Made by a program: the position numbers and the translations under genes. Positions 9,530 through 19,272 of a stretch of 64,000 bases of DNA are shown in pieces (position 1 is the first letter of the stretch; each line of letters opens with the position of its first letter). Origin of the DNA: Gemmatimonadales bacterium (GTDB taxonomy: Bacteria > Gemmatimonadota > Gemmatimonadetes > Gemmatimonadales > GWC2-71-9); the NCBI GenBank assembly GCA_035517615.1, contig DATIYM010000020.1:68699-132698 (forward strand), read 5' to 3'. The notes under the pieces are model-generated. The model saw only the letters and a program-made list of their open reading frames with translations. It did not search any database and was not told where the DNA came from.

Positions 9530-11289
9530 GGGCTCGAATCCGGCACGACGACGCCGTGCCCCACGGGGTAGTCGGGCGGAATTCGAATCGGCAGGTGGCC
9601 GGCGATCGGGACTCGGCCCAGCAACGCGAGACCGACTGCGCGCTCCGACACCCGCACACCGCTCCAGGCGATCAGGTACGACTTGACCGATGGCGTCTGA
9701 TCGAGCAGGTACGGACTGCCGAGCGAGACGAGCACGGTGGCGCGCGTCGAATCGGTAGCCATGATGAGGTGCGCCAGCGAATCGGGGAGCGCGATCGTGC
9801 CTTTCCACGAGAGTGGGCGGACGTTGGCGACGAACACCGTGCGGGCGCTCCGGGCGATCACCGCGCGCGCCGAGTCATACGAAGCGGTCCCGGACATGGG
9901 CCAGAGGCGGAAATATTCGACGGTGTCGCCGCCGCGGCGCAGCTCGTCGACAATGCGCTGGCCAACATTACCGTTCAACTCGTCCGCATAGGCCACGAGC
10001 GATAGCCGGCTGCGTCTCGAGCGCAGCGCGTGCAGTGGGCCGCCGATGTCCCGGACCAGGGTGAGCGCGCGTACGGCAAGGTCTTTCGCCTCATCCTGAT
10101 ACTGGCGGCTGCCCACGATCGCCATGAGCGAGTCGAAGGGGGCGTAGCGCTGTCTGAACAATCCCAGGCGCCGCTTGACGAGCAGCACGCGGCGCACCGA
10201 CGCATCGAGCCGCTGGGCGGGAATCCGTGCGGACAGGACCGCGTCGGTAACCGCCGCAACCGCCGAGTCGGGATCGGATGGCATGAGCAGCAGATCCGAT
10301 CCCGCGAGCAGCGCGCGGATCGCGGCCTCGCCGGCGCCATAGCGCGAGGAGATCGAGCCCATCATCAGCGCGTCCGTGACCACGAGCCCCTGGAAATGCA
10401 GTGAGTCGCGCAGCAGTCCGGTCAGGACGGCGGGCGAGAGGGTCGCGGGTTCGTTCGAGCCGGTGAGCGCGGGAAACGCGATATGCGCGCTCATGACGAC
10501 GCCCGCGCCCGCGCTGATTCCCGCCCGGAACGGGACCAGCTCGAGCGAATCGAGCCGCCGGAAGTCGGCGGTGATCACGGGCAGTCCAATGTGCGAATCC
10601 TGCCGCGTATCGCCATGTCCCGGAAAGTGCTTGAGCGTGGCCAGCATGCCGTGCTCCTGGAGGCCGCGCACGTACTCCTGCACCAGCACGCCGACGCGCG
10701 CCGGGTTCTCGCCGAACGAACGGACGTTGATGATCGGGTTCAGCGGATTGTTGTTGATGTCGGCGTCGGGTGCGAAGTTCACGTGAATGCCTACCGCACG
10801 CCCCTCGACGGCCGCGGCCTCGCCGATCTCGTATGCATCATGCGGGTTGCCGGTGGCGCCGACCGCCATGATCATCGGGAACGATGTGCCGCCCGAGAGC
10901 CGCATCCCCGCGCCCCACTCGAGATCCGCGGAAACGAGCAGCGGCAGGGGCGAGCGCCGCTGCAGCGCGTTCAGCTTGGCCGCGATATCGAAGGGTGATC
11001 CTGACGAGACGATCAGCCCGCCCACTTCGAGCGAATCCACCCAGCGCACCGCGACCTGGAACTCCGAATCGTCGAACGCCGTGTATGCTCCCGACAGCCA
11101 CGGCATCACGAGCTGCGCTACCTTCTGGCGCGTACTGAGGCGCGACAGCATCGCTTCGACGTCGGGCGACGAGTCTGTTCCCCCCGCACTCAGAGCCGGA
11201 GTGACGACCTCGCTCGGCTGCGCCGCGGGCTTGGCCCGCGCGCTGCAGGCCGCGATGGCGATGAGGAGGAGGATATAGTGCGTTCGCAT
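9526..11289 (-). CDS. nagZ: Glycoside hydrolase family 3 beta-N-acetylhexosaminidase (NagZ-like), lipoprotein
   Basis: Start moved to ATG 11289 (MRTHYILLLIAIAACS, lipobox). GH3 motifs VSADLEWG, KHFPGHGDT and VVTDALMM. Confidence 0.85.
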   Translation of the reverse strand: MRTHYILLLIAIAACSARAKPAAQPSEVVTPALSAGGTDSSPDVEAMLSRLSTRQKVAQLVMPWLSGAYTAFDDSEFQVAVRWVDSLEVGGLIVSSGSPFDIAAKLNALQRRSPLPLLVSADLEWGAGMRLSGGTSFPMIMAVGATGNPHDAYEIGEAAAVEGRAVGIHVNFAPDADINNNPLNPIINVRSFGENPARVGVLVQEYVRGLQEHGMLATLKHFPGHGDTRQDSHIGLPVITADFRRLDSLELVPFRAGISAGAGVVMSAHIAFPALTGSNEPATLSPAVLTGLLRDSLHFQGLVVTDALMMGSISSRYGAGEAAIRALLAGSDLLLMPSDPDSAVAAVTDAVLSARIPAQRLDASVRRVLLVKRRLGLFRQRYAPFDSLMAIVGSRQYQDEAKDLAVRALTLVRDIGGPLHALRSRRSRLSLVAYADELNGNVGQRIVDELRRGGDTVEYFRLWPMSGTASYDSARAVIARSARTVFVANVRPLSWKGTIALPDSLAHLIMATDSTRATVLVSLGSPYLLDQTPSVKSYLIAWSGVRVSERAVGLALLGRVPIAGHLPIRIPPDYPVGHGVVVPDSSP

Positions 11290-12504
11290 CAGCTTGTGAT
11301 GCTCTCCCTGGGCGCGTGTCTGATCGCGCCGTCTCACGGTTCGGAACCCGTGCGGCCGGGCATAACCGTCTTGCTCGCCGATTCGACGCGGCTCGTGGCT
11401 GGGAAGCGCGTTGGATTGCTGAGCAATCAGACAGGGGTGGACGGGGCAGGACAGCGTGATGTGGACCTGCTCCGGTCCAGCTCGATCCATCTGGTTCAAC
11501 TCTTCAGCCCCGAGCATGGATTTGGCGGCACCCTGGACCGCCCCGTCACGAATTCAATCGATTCTGGCAGCGGTTTACCAATCTATAGTCTCTATGCAGG
11601 ACCACATACACCTGCGCCTCCGCTCCATGGCCTCGACGCCGTCCTGATCGATCTCCAGGATATCGGCGCGCGCTACTACACCTACGCCGCGAGCGCTGTG
11701 ATCCTGATGCAGCAGGCCGCGCGAGTCGGGATTCCCGTGGTCGTGCTCGATCGGCCTGATCCGATCGGCGGCGTCCTGGTGCAGGGCAACGTACGGGCAT
11801 CGCCTGCGCCCGCCACAACGCTGATCAGCTTCCTTCCGGTCCCGATGCGTCCCGGGATGACGCTCGGCGAGTTGCTGCGGTTCGCGAACGACACGCTGCG
11901 AATTCATGCGCGACTCACGGTCGTGCCCATGACGGGCTGGCACCGCGACATGTATTTCGACGAGACGGGGCTGCCGTGGGTGAACCCGTCGCCTGCGATG
12001 CCGAATCTGGAGAGCGCCATCCATTATCCCGGCACCTGCCTGTTCGAGGGAACGAATCTCTCGGTGGGGCGGGGAACGGCGCTGCCGTTTCAGATCGTGG
12101 GCGCGCCGTGGCTCCGCGCGGATGCGATCCTCGACCGATTCCGGGAGGCCGGGGATCGCAGGAGCGATGTGTTTCGTGGAGTGGAGCTTTCAGCGGACAC
12201 CGTCACGCCGGTATCGCCGAGCGACAAGAAGTACGGCGGTGTGCGGATCAATGTTATTCGCCTGCGTGTGACTGATCGCGGCACCTACGACCCGACCCGC
12301 ACCGCGCTCGCGTTGCTTGTCGCGATCCGGGCCAGCGCTCCGGATTCATTCGCATTCAGCGCACAGCACTTCGATCTCCTGGCGGGTGGACCCGAGCTGC
12401 GCCAGGCGCTCGCACAGGGGCGAACGGGCGCAGCGATCTGGCACGATTGGGAGGCGCCGCTGGCAAAGTTCCGTAAAGTTCGACAGAGGTATCTCCTTTA
12501 CTGA
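11278..12504 (+). CDS. namZ: DUF1343 family protein, exo-beta-N-acetylmuramidase NamZ-like
   Basis: GKRVGLLSNQTGVD, LFSPEHGF and DLQDIGARYYTY are typical of DUF1343 (YbbC/NamZ). GTG 11278 sits 5 nt after GGAGGAGG. ATG 11299 is an alternative start. Confidence 0.8.
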   Translation: MRSHQLVMLSLGACLIAPSHGSEPVRPGITVLLADSTRLVAGKRVGLLSNQTGVDGAGQRDVDLLRSSSIHLVQLFSPEHGFGGTLDRPVTNSIDSGSGLPIYSLYAGPHTPAPPLHGLDAVLIDLQDIGARYYTYAASAVILMQQAARVGIPVVVLDRPDPIGGVLVQGNVRASPAPATTLISFLPVPMRPGMTLGELLRFANDTLRIHARLTVVPMTGWHRDMYFDETGLPWVNPSPAMPNLESAIHYPGTCLFEGTNLSVGRGTALPFQIVGAPWLRADAILDRFREAGDRRSDVFRGVELSADTVTPVSPSDKKYGGVRINVIRLRVTDRGTYDPTRTALALLVAIRASAPDSFAFSAQHFDLLAGGPELRQALAQGRTGAAIWHDWEAPLAKFRKVRQRYLLY

Positions 12505-12610
12505 CTCCTGCTCGCCGCTCGCGGGCGAGGCTTAACTGCTTGCTCGACGCGCACTTCTCGGGCTCGGCGCCCTTCCGCCCATTTCCACCGGCGGTTAGGT
12601 TCTCCCCGCA

Positions 12611-13306
12611 ATGAACTTGATTCCCCAGGCCGTCCGCAGGAACGCGACTAACCTGCTCAACCCGCTCGTGCTGTTGTTGATCCGGATGCACGTGCGTCCC
12701 AACGCCATCACCACCGTTGGCACGCTCGTCGTCATCGCCTCGGGTGTGGCATTCGCGTTGGGCCGGGCGCACTGGGGCGGATTCCTGCTGTTGTTCAGCG
12801 GTATTTTCGACATGCTGGACGGCCGCGTGGCGCGCGACGGCGCCGCCGGAACGACGTTTGGCGCGTTTTACGACTCGACGCTGGACCGCGTCGGCGAATC
12901 GGCCCTGTATACGGGGATCGCGGTCTTCTTTCTGAATGGCGGTGTCGCGCCGAACCTGATGGCGACGGGAGTCATCGTGGCGTGCGTGGCGCTCGCCGGC
13001 TCGCTGATGGTGTCGTACACGCGGGCCCGCGCCGAAGGGCTTGGGCTCGAGTGCAACGTCGGCGTTGCGCAGCGGGCGGAACGGCTGCTCCTCTTGGGCG
13101 TACCAACGCTGGCATTGGGGAGTGGGCCCCACGGCACGCTCCTCTTCTGGATCACCGCCGTGCTCGCCGCCGCGACCATGATCACGGTGGCGCAACGCGT
13201 GATCCACGTCGCGCGCCTCACGGGGACCGAACTCGGACGCGCGCCGCGTCCCAGAGATACGCTGCCCGGCCACGCGCCGGCGTTGCAATCACGGAAAGGA
13301 ACCTGA
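12611..13306 (+). CDS. CDP-alcohol phosphatidyltransferase (phosphatidylinositol-phosphate synthase candidate)
   Basis: Complete motif D-G-x2-A-R-x8-G-x3-D-x3-D in FDMLDGRVARDGAAGTTFGAFYDSTLDRVGE. Multi-TM protein. It ends 1 nt before the inositol-1-phosphate synthase gene. Confidence 0.85.
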   Translation: MNLIPQAVRRNATNLLNPLVLLLIRMHVRPNAITTVGTLVVIASGVAFALGRAHWGGFLLLFSGIFDMLDGRVARDGAAGTTFGAFYDSTLDRVGESALYTGIAVFFLNGGVAPNLMATGVIVACVALAGSLMVSYTRARAEGLGLECNVGVAQRAERLLLLGVPTLALGSGPHGTLLFWITAVLAAATMITVAQRVIHVARLTGTELGRAPRPRDTLPGHAPALQSRKGT

Positions 13307-13307
13307 C

Positions 13308-14636
13308 GTGCCCAAGCGCTCGTCGCGTCGAGAAATCGCTCCGGCCAACGGGAAACTCGGCGTCATGCTCGTCGGCCTCGGAGCCGTCTCGACGACCTTC
13401 GTCGCCGGGGTCGAAAACATCCGCTGCAAGAAAGCCCTGCCGATCGGCTCGCTGTCGCAGATGGGGACCATTCGCCTCGGCAAGCGCGACGAGAATCGGT
13501 CGCCCAAGATTCACGAATTCGTGCCGCTCGCCGAGCTGGAAGATCTCGTGTTCGCGGCGTGGGATCCGATTCCGGACGATGCGTACACCGCGGCGGTGAA
13601 GGCCGGGGTGCTCGACCGCCCGCACCTCGAGCCGATCGCCGACTTCCTCAAGCGGCTGCGGCCCATGCCGGCGGCGTTCGACCAGCAATACGTGAAGCGG
13701 CTCCAGGGCACGAACGTGAAGCGTGGCAAAAGCAAACGCGATCTCGCGGAGCAGCTGCGCGAAGACATCCGCCAATTCCGCAAGACTGCGGAGCTCGATC
13801 GCATCGTGGTGATCTGGGCGGCGTCGACCGAGATATTCCTGACGCAGGGTCCGGCGCATCAGTCGGTGCAGGCCTTCGAGAAGGCGATGGAGCAGAACGA
13901 TCCCTCGATCGCCCCGTCGATGCTCTACGCCTATGCGGCCCTCATGGAGAACGTCCCGTTTGCGAACGGCGCACCGAATCTCACCGTCGACATTCCGGCG
14001 CTGGTGCAGCTCGCGGAACAGCGCGGCGTGCCGATTGGCGGGAAGGACTTCAAGACCGGCCAGACCATGATGAAGACCGTGCTGGCGCCGGCGTTCAAAG
14101 CGCGGATGCTCGGGCTGTCCGGCTGGTACTCGACCAACATTCTGGGCAACCGCGACGGCGAGGTGCTGGACGATCCCGAGTCGTTCAAGACCAAGGAAGA
14201 ATCCAAGCTCGGCGTGCTCGAATACATCCTGCAGCCGTCCATATATCCAGAGCTGTATGGCAACGTGTTCCACAAGGTCCGGATCAACTACTACCCACCG
14301 CGCGGCGACAACAAGGAGGGCTGGGACAACATCGACATCTTCGGGTGGCTCGGTTACCCGATGCAGATCAAGGTCGATTTTCTCTGCCGCGATTCGATTC
14401 TCGCCGCCCCGATCGTGCTCGATCTCGCGCTGTTCTTCGATCTCGCGCAGCGTGCCAAGATGTCGGGGATTCAGGAGTGGCTGTCCTTCTATTTCAAGAG
14501 CCCGCAGACCGCGGCCGGCCTCTATCCCGAGCATGACCTCTTCATCCAGCAGACCAAGCTCAAGAACACGCTGCGCTGGATGATGGGCGAGGAGCAGATC
14601 ACGCACCTCGGAATCGAGTACTACGAGAAGGTGTGA
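13308..14636 (+). CDS. ino1: myo-Inositol-1-phosphate synthase
   Basis: 442 aa. Characteristic MIPS stretches GPAHQSVQAFEKAM, GKDFKTGQTMMKTVLAP and YSTNILGNRDGEVL. Confidence 0.9.
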   Translation: MPKRSSRREIAPANGKLGVMLVGLGAVSTTFVAGVENIRCKKALPIGSLSQMGTIRLGKRDENRSPKIHEFVPLAELEDLVFAAWDPIPDDAYTAAVKAGVLDRPHLEPIADFLKRLRPMPAAFDQQYVKRLQGTNVKRGKSKRDLAEQLREDIRQFRKTAELDRIVVIWAASTEIFLTQGPAHQSVQAFEKAMEQNDPSIAPSMLYAYAALMENVPFANGAPNLTVDIPALVQLAEQRGVPIGGKDFKTGQTMMKTVLAPAFKARMLGLSGWYSTNILGNRDGEVLDDPESFKTKEESKLGVLEYILQPSIYPELYGNVFHKVRINYYPPRGDNKEGWDNIDIFGWLGYPMQIKVDFLCRDSILAAPIVLDLALFFDLAQRAKMSGIQEWLSFYFKSPQTAAGLYPEHDLFIQQTKLKNTLRWMMGEEQITHLGIEYYEKV

Positions 14637-15070
14637 CTCTCGCCCAACTCGCCGTCACCGCCGTTGGAGTGGCAGGGATCGCGGGGGTGCTGTGGTATTT
14701 CCTCTTCTCGAAGGGTCGGGCGGTCGCCGCCGCGGCGCGGAACGGGACGCAGGAGATCCGCGTTGTGGTGAAGGGCGGGTACACGCCCGACACCGTGGTG
14801 GTCGAGGCGGGAAAGCCCGTGCGGCTGCAGTTCTATCGCGACGAAACGGCTGACTGCTCCGAACGCCTCGTCTTCCCCGATTTCGACGTCGACGTGGCGC
14901 TGCCCGCGTTCGAGACCACAACGATCGAGTTCACGCCGCAGGAGGCCGGTGAATTCGCGTTTCGCTGCGGCATGAACATGCTGAAGGGCTTGCTGGTGGT
15001 GGAGCCCGCGAGCCGCGATCGCCGTCCCACGGCATCACCGCATAAACTGCATCAGCATTCGACCGCATGA
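14633..15070 (+). CDS. Membrane-anchored cupredoxin-like domain protein (copA-associated)
   Basis: N-terminal TM segment followed by a small beta-rich domain with [13 protein letters not shown] 14633 overlaps the ino1 stop. ATGA overlap with copA. Confidence 0.65.
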   Translation: MTLAQLAVTAVGVAGIAGVLWYFLFSKGRAVAAAARNGTQEIRVVVKGGYTPDTVVVEAGKPVRLQFYRDETADCSERLVFPDFDVDVALPAFETTTIEFTPQEAGEFAFRCGMNMLKGLLVVEPASRDRRPTASPHKLHQHSTA

Positions 15071-17625
15071 GTAAAGCCCGCATATCGCTGCCGATCGAAG
15101 GCATGAGCTGCGCGAGCTGCGCCGCGACCGTTCAGGAAGCGTTGAGCAGCGCCCCCGGCGTCACCGGCGCCACGGTGAACTACGCCACGGGAAAGGCTTC
15201 GGTCGAGTACGACGATGCCGAGACCCGGGTCGGCGATCTGATCCGCAGCGTGCGCTCGAGCGGCTACGACTGCGGCATGGCCAACGTCACGTTCGGCGTC
15301 GAAGACTTGCACTACGCGCCGAGCGTGGCGCCGCTCGAGCAGGCGCTGGCGCGCGTAGCGGGTGTGCAGCGCGCCGCGGCCAATCAGGCGACGGAGTCGG
15401 TCACGGTGGACTATGTGGCGGGGACCACGACGGCCGGGGACCTCGAGCGCGCGGTCCAGGACGCCGGGTTCCGCATCGCCGCCCCGATTCCCACTGAAGA
15501 CCCGCTCGAGCGCGAACGCGTGGCGCGGCAGCGGGAGATTGACGCGCTCACCGGTAAATTCGTCGTCGCGGCCATTGCGGCGGTGGTCGCGATGATCGGA
15601 TCGATGCTGCTCATGACCGACGCCAATGGCCCCGGAACCATGCAGCAGTACGATCTCCTCGACCGGATCCTGATGCCGTTTGCCGTCCCGTTGCGAGCAC
15701 TCATCGATCCGCACTCCGCCATCGATCCGTCACTGTTGCGCATCGCGCTCGCGATCGTCACGCTGCCGGTGGTGCTCTGGTCCGGGCGCCAGTTCTATCG
15801 CGGCGCGTGGAGCGGCTTCAGGCATCGCACCGCCGACATGAACACCCTGATCGCGGTCGGGACCGGTGCCGCATATCTGTATTCTCTCGCCGCGACCGCC
15901 AGCCCCGCGCTGTTCACGAACGCGGGCCTGCCGGCCGACGTGTACTACGAGTCCGTTGCGGCGATCATCGCGCTCATTCTTCTGGGCCGGCTGCTCGAAG
16001 CCCGGGCCAAGGGCCGGACCTCGGAAGCCATCCGCCGGCTCGCGACCCTGCGGCCCAGCATCGCGCATGTGCGCCGCGACGGCCGCGAGGAAGACGTCCG
16101 GATCGAAGCTGTGGTCACCGGCGACGAAGTGGTCGTGAAACCCGGCGAGAAGATCCCGATCGATGGCGTGGTGATCGAAGGCGAGTCGCCCGTGGACGAG
16201 TCGATGTTGACGGGCGAGCCGATCCCCGCAATGAAGCGCCTCGGGGACGAGCTGATTGGCGGCACCGTCAACACGAGCGGCGCGGTGGTGATGCGCACGA
16301 CGCGCGTCGGGAAAGCGACGGCCCTCGCCCAGATCATCGAGCTGGTCGAGTCGGCCCAGGCCACCAAAGCGCCGATCCAGCGTCTGGCTGACCGCCTGGC
16401 GGGCGTGTTTGTCCCGATCGTCATCGCGCTCGCGATCGCGACGTTCGTGGTCTGGTTCGATTTCGGTCCCGCGCCGGCGCTCGTGTTCTCGACCGTCGGC
16501 CTCGTGACGGTGCTGATCATCGCCTGCCCGTGCGCGCTCGGGCTCGCCACGCCCACGGCCCTGCTCGTGGGAACGGGGAAGGCGGCGGAGTACGGCATTC
16601 TGATCCGCAGCGGCGATGCGCTCGAGAAGCTGGCCCGCGTCCGCACGGTGCTCCTCGACAAGACCGGAACCCTCACCGAGGGAAAGCCCGCGGTCACGCA
16701 TATCGTGGCGGCGCGGCGGCCGGATGGCACCCCGATTCCGCCAGCCGAGGTCCTCAAGTGGGCCGCGTCGGTGGAGCAGCGCTCCGAGCATCCCCTCGCC
16801 AAGGCCGTGCTGAAAGCCGCGTCCGACAAACGCATCGAGCTCGTGGCGGTCGAGAAATTCGCGACCATGGAAGGGCGCGGCGTGCGCGGGACAGTAGACC
16901 GCCGCATCGTGGAGGTGATTTCGCTGCGTCACGCGCGTGAGCGCAGTCTCGAGCTGGGCACGCTCGGCCAGGATGCCGATCGCCTCGCCGGCCAGGGTAA
17001 GAGCCCGGTCATCGTGGTCGTAAACAACACGGTCTATGCCGTCATCGCGATTTCCGATCCGTTGAAGCCGACCTCGCGTGCTGCCGTTGCGCTCTTGAAG
17101 AAGCGCGGCCTCGAGGTCGTGATGGTCTCGGGAGATTCCCGGAAGGGCGCCGAGGCGGTCGCGAAGGAAGTGGGGATCGATACCGTTGTGCCGGAAGTGC
17201 TGCCGTCGCAGAAAGCGGACTTCGTCCGGAAGATGCAGGAGCGAAAGCGCGTGGCCATGGTCGGCGACGGATTGAACGATGCCCCCGCGCTTGCCCAAGC
17301 CGATGTCGGCATCGCGCTCGGCACCGGCACCGACATTGCCATGGAAGCATCCGACGTGACCCTGATCCGGGGCGACCTGCGGGGCGTTGCGGTCGCGTAC
17401 GATCTGGCGCGACGGACCATGCGTACGATTCGCGAGAATCTCTTCTGGGCGTTCATATACAACATGGTCGGCATTCCGATTGCGGCCGGCGTGTTGTATC
17501 CGTTTTTTGGGATCCTGTTGTCTCCCGTCATCGCGAGCGCCGCGATGGCCTGGTCCAGCTTGAGCGTGGTCCTGAACAGCCTGACTCTGCGCCGCTTCAA
17601 GCCCGCGTTGGCGGGAGGACAATGA
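15067..17625 (+). CDS. copA: Copper-translocating P1B-type ATPase
   Basis: N-terminal HMA domain with GMSCASCA, then a second HMA-like domain that lacks CxxC. CPC motif ([12 protein letters not shown]), DKTGTLT and [10 protein letters not shown]. Confidence 0.95.
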   Translation: MSKARISLPIEGMSCASCAATVQEALSSAPGVTGATVNYATGKASVEYDDAETRVGDLIRSVRSSGYDCGMANVTFGVEDLHYAPSVAPLEQALARVAGVQRAAANQATESVTVDYVAGTTTAGDLERAVQDAGFRIAAPIPTEDPLERERVARQREIDALTGKFVVAAIAAVVAMIGSMLLMTDANGPGTMQQYDLLDRILMPFAVPLRALIDPHSAIDPSLLRIALAIVTLPVVLWSGRQFYRGAWSGFRHRTADMNTLIAVGTGAAYLYSLAATASPALFTNAGLPADVYYESVAAIIALILLGRLLEARAKGRTSEAIRRLATLRPSIAHVRRDGREEDVRIEAVVTGDEVVVKPGEKIPIDGVVIEGESPVDESMLTGEPIPAMKRLGDELIGGTVNTSGAVVMRTTRVGKATALAQIIELVESAQATKAPIQRLADRLAGVFVPIVIALAIATFVVWFDFGPAPALVFSTVGLVTVLIIACPCALGLATPTALLVGTGKAAEYGILIRSGDALEKLARVRTVLLDKTGTLTEGKPAVTHIVAARRPDGTPIPPAEVLKWAASVEQRSEHPLAKAVLKAASDKRIELVAVEKFATMEGRGVRGTVDRRIVEVISLRHARERSLELGTLGQDADRLAGQGKSPVIVVVNNTVYAVIAISDPLKPTSRAAVALLKKRGLEVVMVSGDSRKGAEAVAKEVGIDTVVPEVLPSQKADFVRKMQERKRVAMVGDGLNDAPALAQADVGIALGTGTDIAMEASDVTLIRGDLRGVAVAYDLARRTMRTIRENLFWAFIYNMVGIPIAAGVLYPFFGILLSPVIASAAMAWSSLSVVLNSLTLRRFKPALAGGQ

Positions 17626-17626
17626 C

Positions 17627-17917
17627 GTGCGCTACTTCCATCGCTCCCAGCTTTCCACGGAGCTCGTGCTCGGCGCGGCCAAGCAATTCTTCGGCGCCCG
17701 CATGGTGCCGGCACAGGAAGCGCCCCGGCGGCGCGCCTACTCCGGGTCGCTCGGCAAGGTGGCAGTTACCGCGCGGCCGGAAGGCGGCCATTACACCTAC
17801 GTAGAAGTGGCGACTGATCAGGCGGGGGAATCGGAGCTGGACCGCCTGGCGCGGCGGTTTCTGGCCGAGCTGCACCGGCAGGCCGAGCCAGGGCACCAGC
17901 TGCGGGGTGCCTACTAG
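17627..17917 (+). CDS. Hypothetical protein (96 aa) coupled to copA
   Basis: GTG start 1 nt after the copA stop, with balanced composition. I recognise no motif. Confidence 0.4.
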   Translation: MRYFHRSQLSTELVLGAAKQFFGARMVPAQEAPRRRAYSGSLGKVAVTARPEGGHYTYVEVATDQAGESELDRLARRFLAELHRQAEPGHQLRGAY

Positions 17918-18129
17918 CCGGCGAGTTTAGCCGTGTAACCCGCGCGTTCCACCGCGGCGACGAGTTGGCCCGTGGTTACGCTGTCATCCTCGAAATCGAC
18001 GTCCGCCTCTCCCGAGCCCAGATCCACCACTGCCGAGTACACGCCCGCCGTACCGCGCAGGGCGCGCTCCACTTTGGCCTGGCAGTGGCCGCACGTCATG
18101 CCGCTCACCCGCAACTTGATATTCGCCAT
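17914..18129 (-). CDS. copZ: Copper chaperone, heavy-metal-associated domain
   Basis: 71 aa, MANIKLRVSGMTCGHCQAKVERAL (MxCxxC HMA fold). Confidence 0.9.
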   Translation of the reverse strand: MANIKLRVSGMTCGHCQAKVERALRGTAGVYSAVVDLGSGEADVDFEDDSVTTGQLVAAVERAGYTAKLAG

Positions 18130-18189
18130 TGTCCGATCGTCTCCCGCGCTTGCCTTCGCCGCTCTCGACCCCGAGCTTCCCCGTCCACT

Positions 18190-19272
18190 ATGATTGATAA
18201 CATGGCTTCACGCGCCCTTGCTCCCGCTCCGGCGTCGACCTCGACGGCCACGGCCATTCCGGCCGGGCTCACGCGCGAGCAGTTGCTGGAAATGTACCGC
18301 TACCTGCGCCTGACACGCTCGCTCGAGGAACGGCTCACGGCGCTGTACCGTCAGGGGAAGGTGATCGGCGGATTGTTCCGCTCGCTGGGGCAGGAGGGCG
18401 AGTCGGTTGCCTCCGCGTACGCGCTCGAGCGAGGGGAGCACAAGGATTTTCTTTCACCGCTGATCCGGAATCTCGGCGCGATGCTCGTGATGGGCGCGCG
18501 GCCGGTCGAGATTCTCCGGCAGTACATGGCGAAAGCGACCTCCCCCAGCGTGGGCCGCGAGCTGAACGTGCATTTCGGTGATCTCGTGCTGGGGTTTCTC
18601 GGCCAGATCTCGCACCTTGGAGACATGATTCCCGTGATGGCGGGGATCGCACTCTCGTTCAAGATGCGTGGGGAGGCGCGTGTCGCGTTGGTGTACATCG
18701 GGGATGGAGGCATGTCGACCGGCACGTTCCACGAAGGGCTGAGCTTTGCGGCGGTGCAGCGCGTGCCGCTCGTGGTGATCGGCGAGTACAACCAGTGGGC
18801 GTATTCCACTCCGCCGGAACGACAGTTCGCGGCGCAGCATCTCGCCGACCGGGTGCAGGCATACGGGATTCACGCCGAGACCGTGGACGGGAACGACGTA
18901 CTGGGCGTGTACGCCACGACCAAAGCGGCGGTCGCGCGCGCGCGCAGCGGCTTCGGGGTGCAGTTCGTCGAAGTGAAGACCTACCGTCGCAAGGGACACG
19001 CGGAGCACGACAATCAGAGCTACGTTCCGTCCGGCGAGATCGATCGCTGGGCGCGGGAGAATGACCCGATCGATCGATACGTGAAACGCATCGTGGAGCG
19101 TGGTTGGGCGCCGGCCGCCGCGTTGCATGAGATCGATCGCGCCGTCGCCGCCGAGATCGAGACCGCCCTCGTGTCCTGCATCGACGACCCGCCTCCGGAC
19201 GCCGCATCGGCGCTTCCGGGCGTCCTCGCGCACCCGGACGCCGCGCCGCTGCTCTGGTACCGGCGACTCTAG
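18190..19272 (+). CDS. 2-Oxoacid dehydrogenase E1 component, alpha subunit (TPP-dependent; branched-chain/pyruvate type)
   Basis: Start moved to ATG 18190, because the listed ORF start overlaps copZ in antisense. E1-alpha features include the YIGDGGMSTGTFHEGLSFAA TPP motif and YRRKGHAEHD. Confidence 0.85.
   Translation: MIDNMASRALAPAPASTSTATAIPAGLTREQLLEMYRYLRLTRSLEERLTALYRQGKVIGGLFRSLGQEGESVASAYALERGEHKDFLSPLIRNLGAMLVMGARPVEILRQYMAKATSPSVGRELNVHFGDLVLGFLGQISHLGDMIPVMAGIALSFKMRGEARVALVYIGDGGMSTGTFHEGLSFAAVQRVPLVVIGEYNQWAYSTPPERQFAAQHLADRVQAYGIHAETVDGNDVLGVYATTKAAVARARSGFGVQFVEVKTYRRKGHAEHDNQSYVPSGEIDRWARENDPIDRYVKRIVERGWAPAAALHEIDRAVAAEIETALVSCIDDPPPDAASALPGVLAHPDAAPLLWYRRL

Noticed and set aside
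15280-15500. The second HMA-like domain of CopA lacks the CxxC metal site (DLHYAPSV in its place).
   Set aside because: Degenerate second N-terminal metal-binding domains are common in P1B-ATPases. I do not consider it novel.
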